Below are positions 32,152-32,198 of a DNA stretch of 32,198 bases, piece after piece. Within the stretch, counting starts at the first letter, position 1. Every line of letters begins with the position of its first letter. This stretch comes from a virus. Taxonomy: Duplodnaviria > Caudoviricetes. The translations under genes and the position numbers were made by a program. The stretch lies in the IMG/VR virus record IMGVR_UViG_3300047400_000237, positions 1 through 32,198 of that record; one strand, 5' to 3'. The notes under the pieces are model-generated. The model made no database searches, was not told where the DNA came from, and was given only the letters and a program-made list of their open reading frames with translations.

Positions 32152-32198
32152 TGGGCTGCTTGCCTCACCATGTCCAGTAATAGTGGACAAAAAGAAAC

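Noticed and set aside
1-32198. Stop-codon reassignment
   Set aside because: Long genes are intact in the standard code, and TAA, TAG and TGA all end genes at tight junctions. Read-through cannot join the TerL halves.
30542-32198. tRNA or other structured RNA genes in the non-coding stretches
   Set aside because: Only simple hairpins were seen, with no cloverleaf or T-loop signature. A covariance-model search would be needed to exclude ncRNAs.

Overview
This window is part of a tailed dsDNA phage genome (Caudoviricetes). It is probably podovirus-like: it has an N4-gp56-type major capsid protein and adaptor/nozzle-like genes, and no tape-measure or sheath gene is visible. Positions 1-30541 form one tightly packed minus-strand late region. 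In transcription order it encodes small Zn-binding proteins, a holin candidate, an HldE-type heptose kinase, a cupin, a TerS candidate, the TerL ATPase half, an HldE-type nucleotidyltransferase, an HEXXH protein, an amidase endolysin, a TylF O-methyltransferase, the TerL nuclease half and the portal. A ~7 kb fibre/modification block follows, then scaffold, capsid, a GT9 heptosyltransferase-like gene, two adaptors, the nozzle and tail fibres. A palindrome-rich intergenic region with an IHF-consensus site (30542-31105) separates this from divergent plus-strand genes, including a GP88-family gene. Three points stand out. (1) A dispersed but coherent phage-encoded nucleotide-heptose/glycosylation pathway is interleaved with virion genes, with a 19-repeat Ser/Thr-rich candidate acceptor, suggesting virion-protein heptosylation. 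(2) The large terminase is split into ATPase and nuclease ORFs with four unrelated genes between them. (3) Extended -10 promoters recur 6-8 nt before start codons (leaderless-type), and several promoters are fused to perfect hairpins. All family assignments come from motif recognition by eye; no database searches were run.
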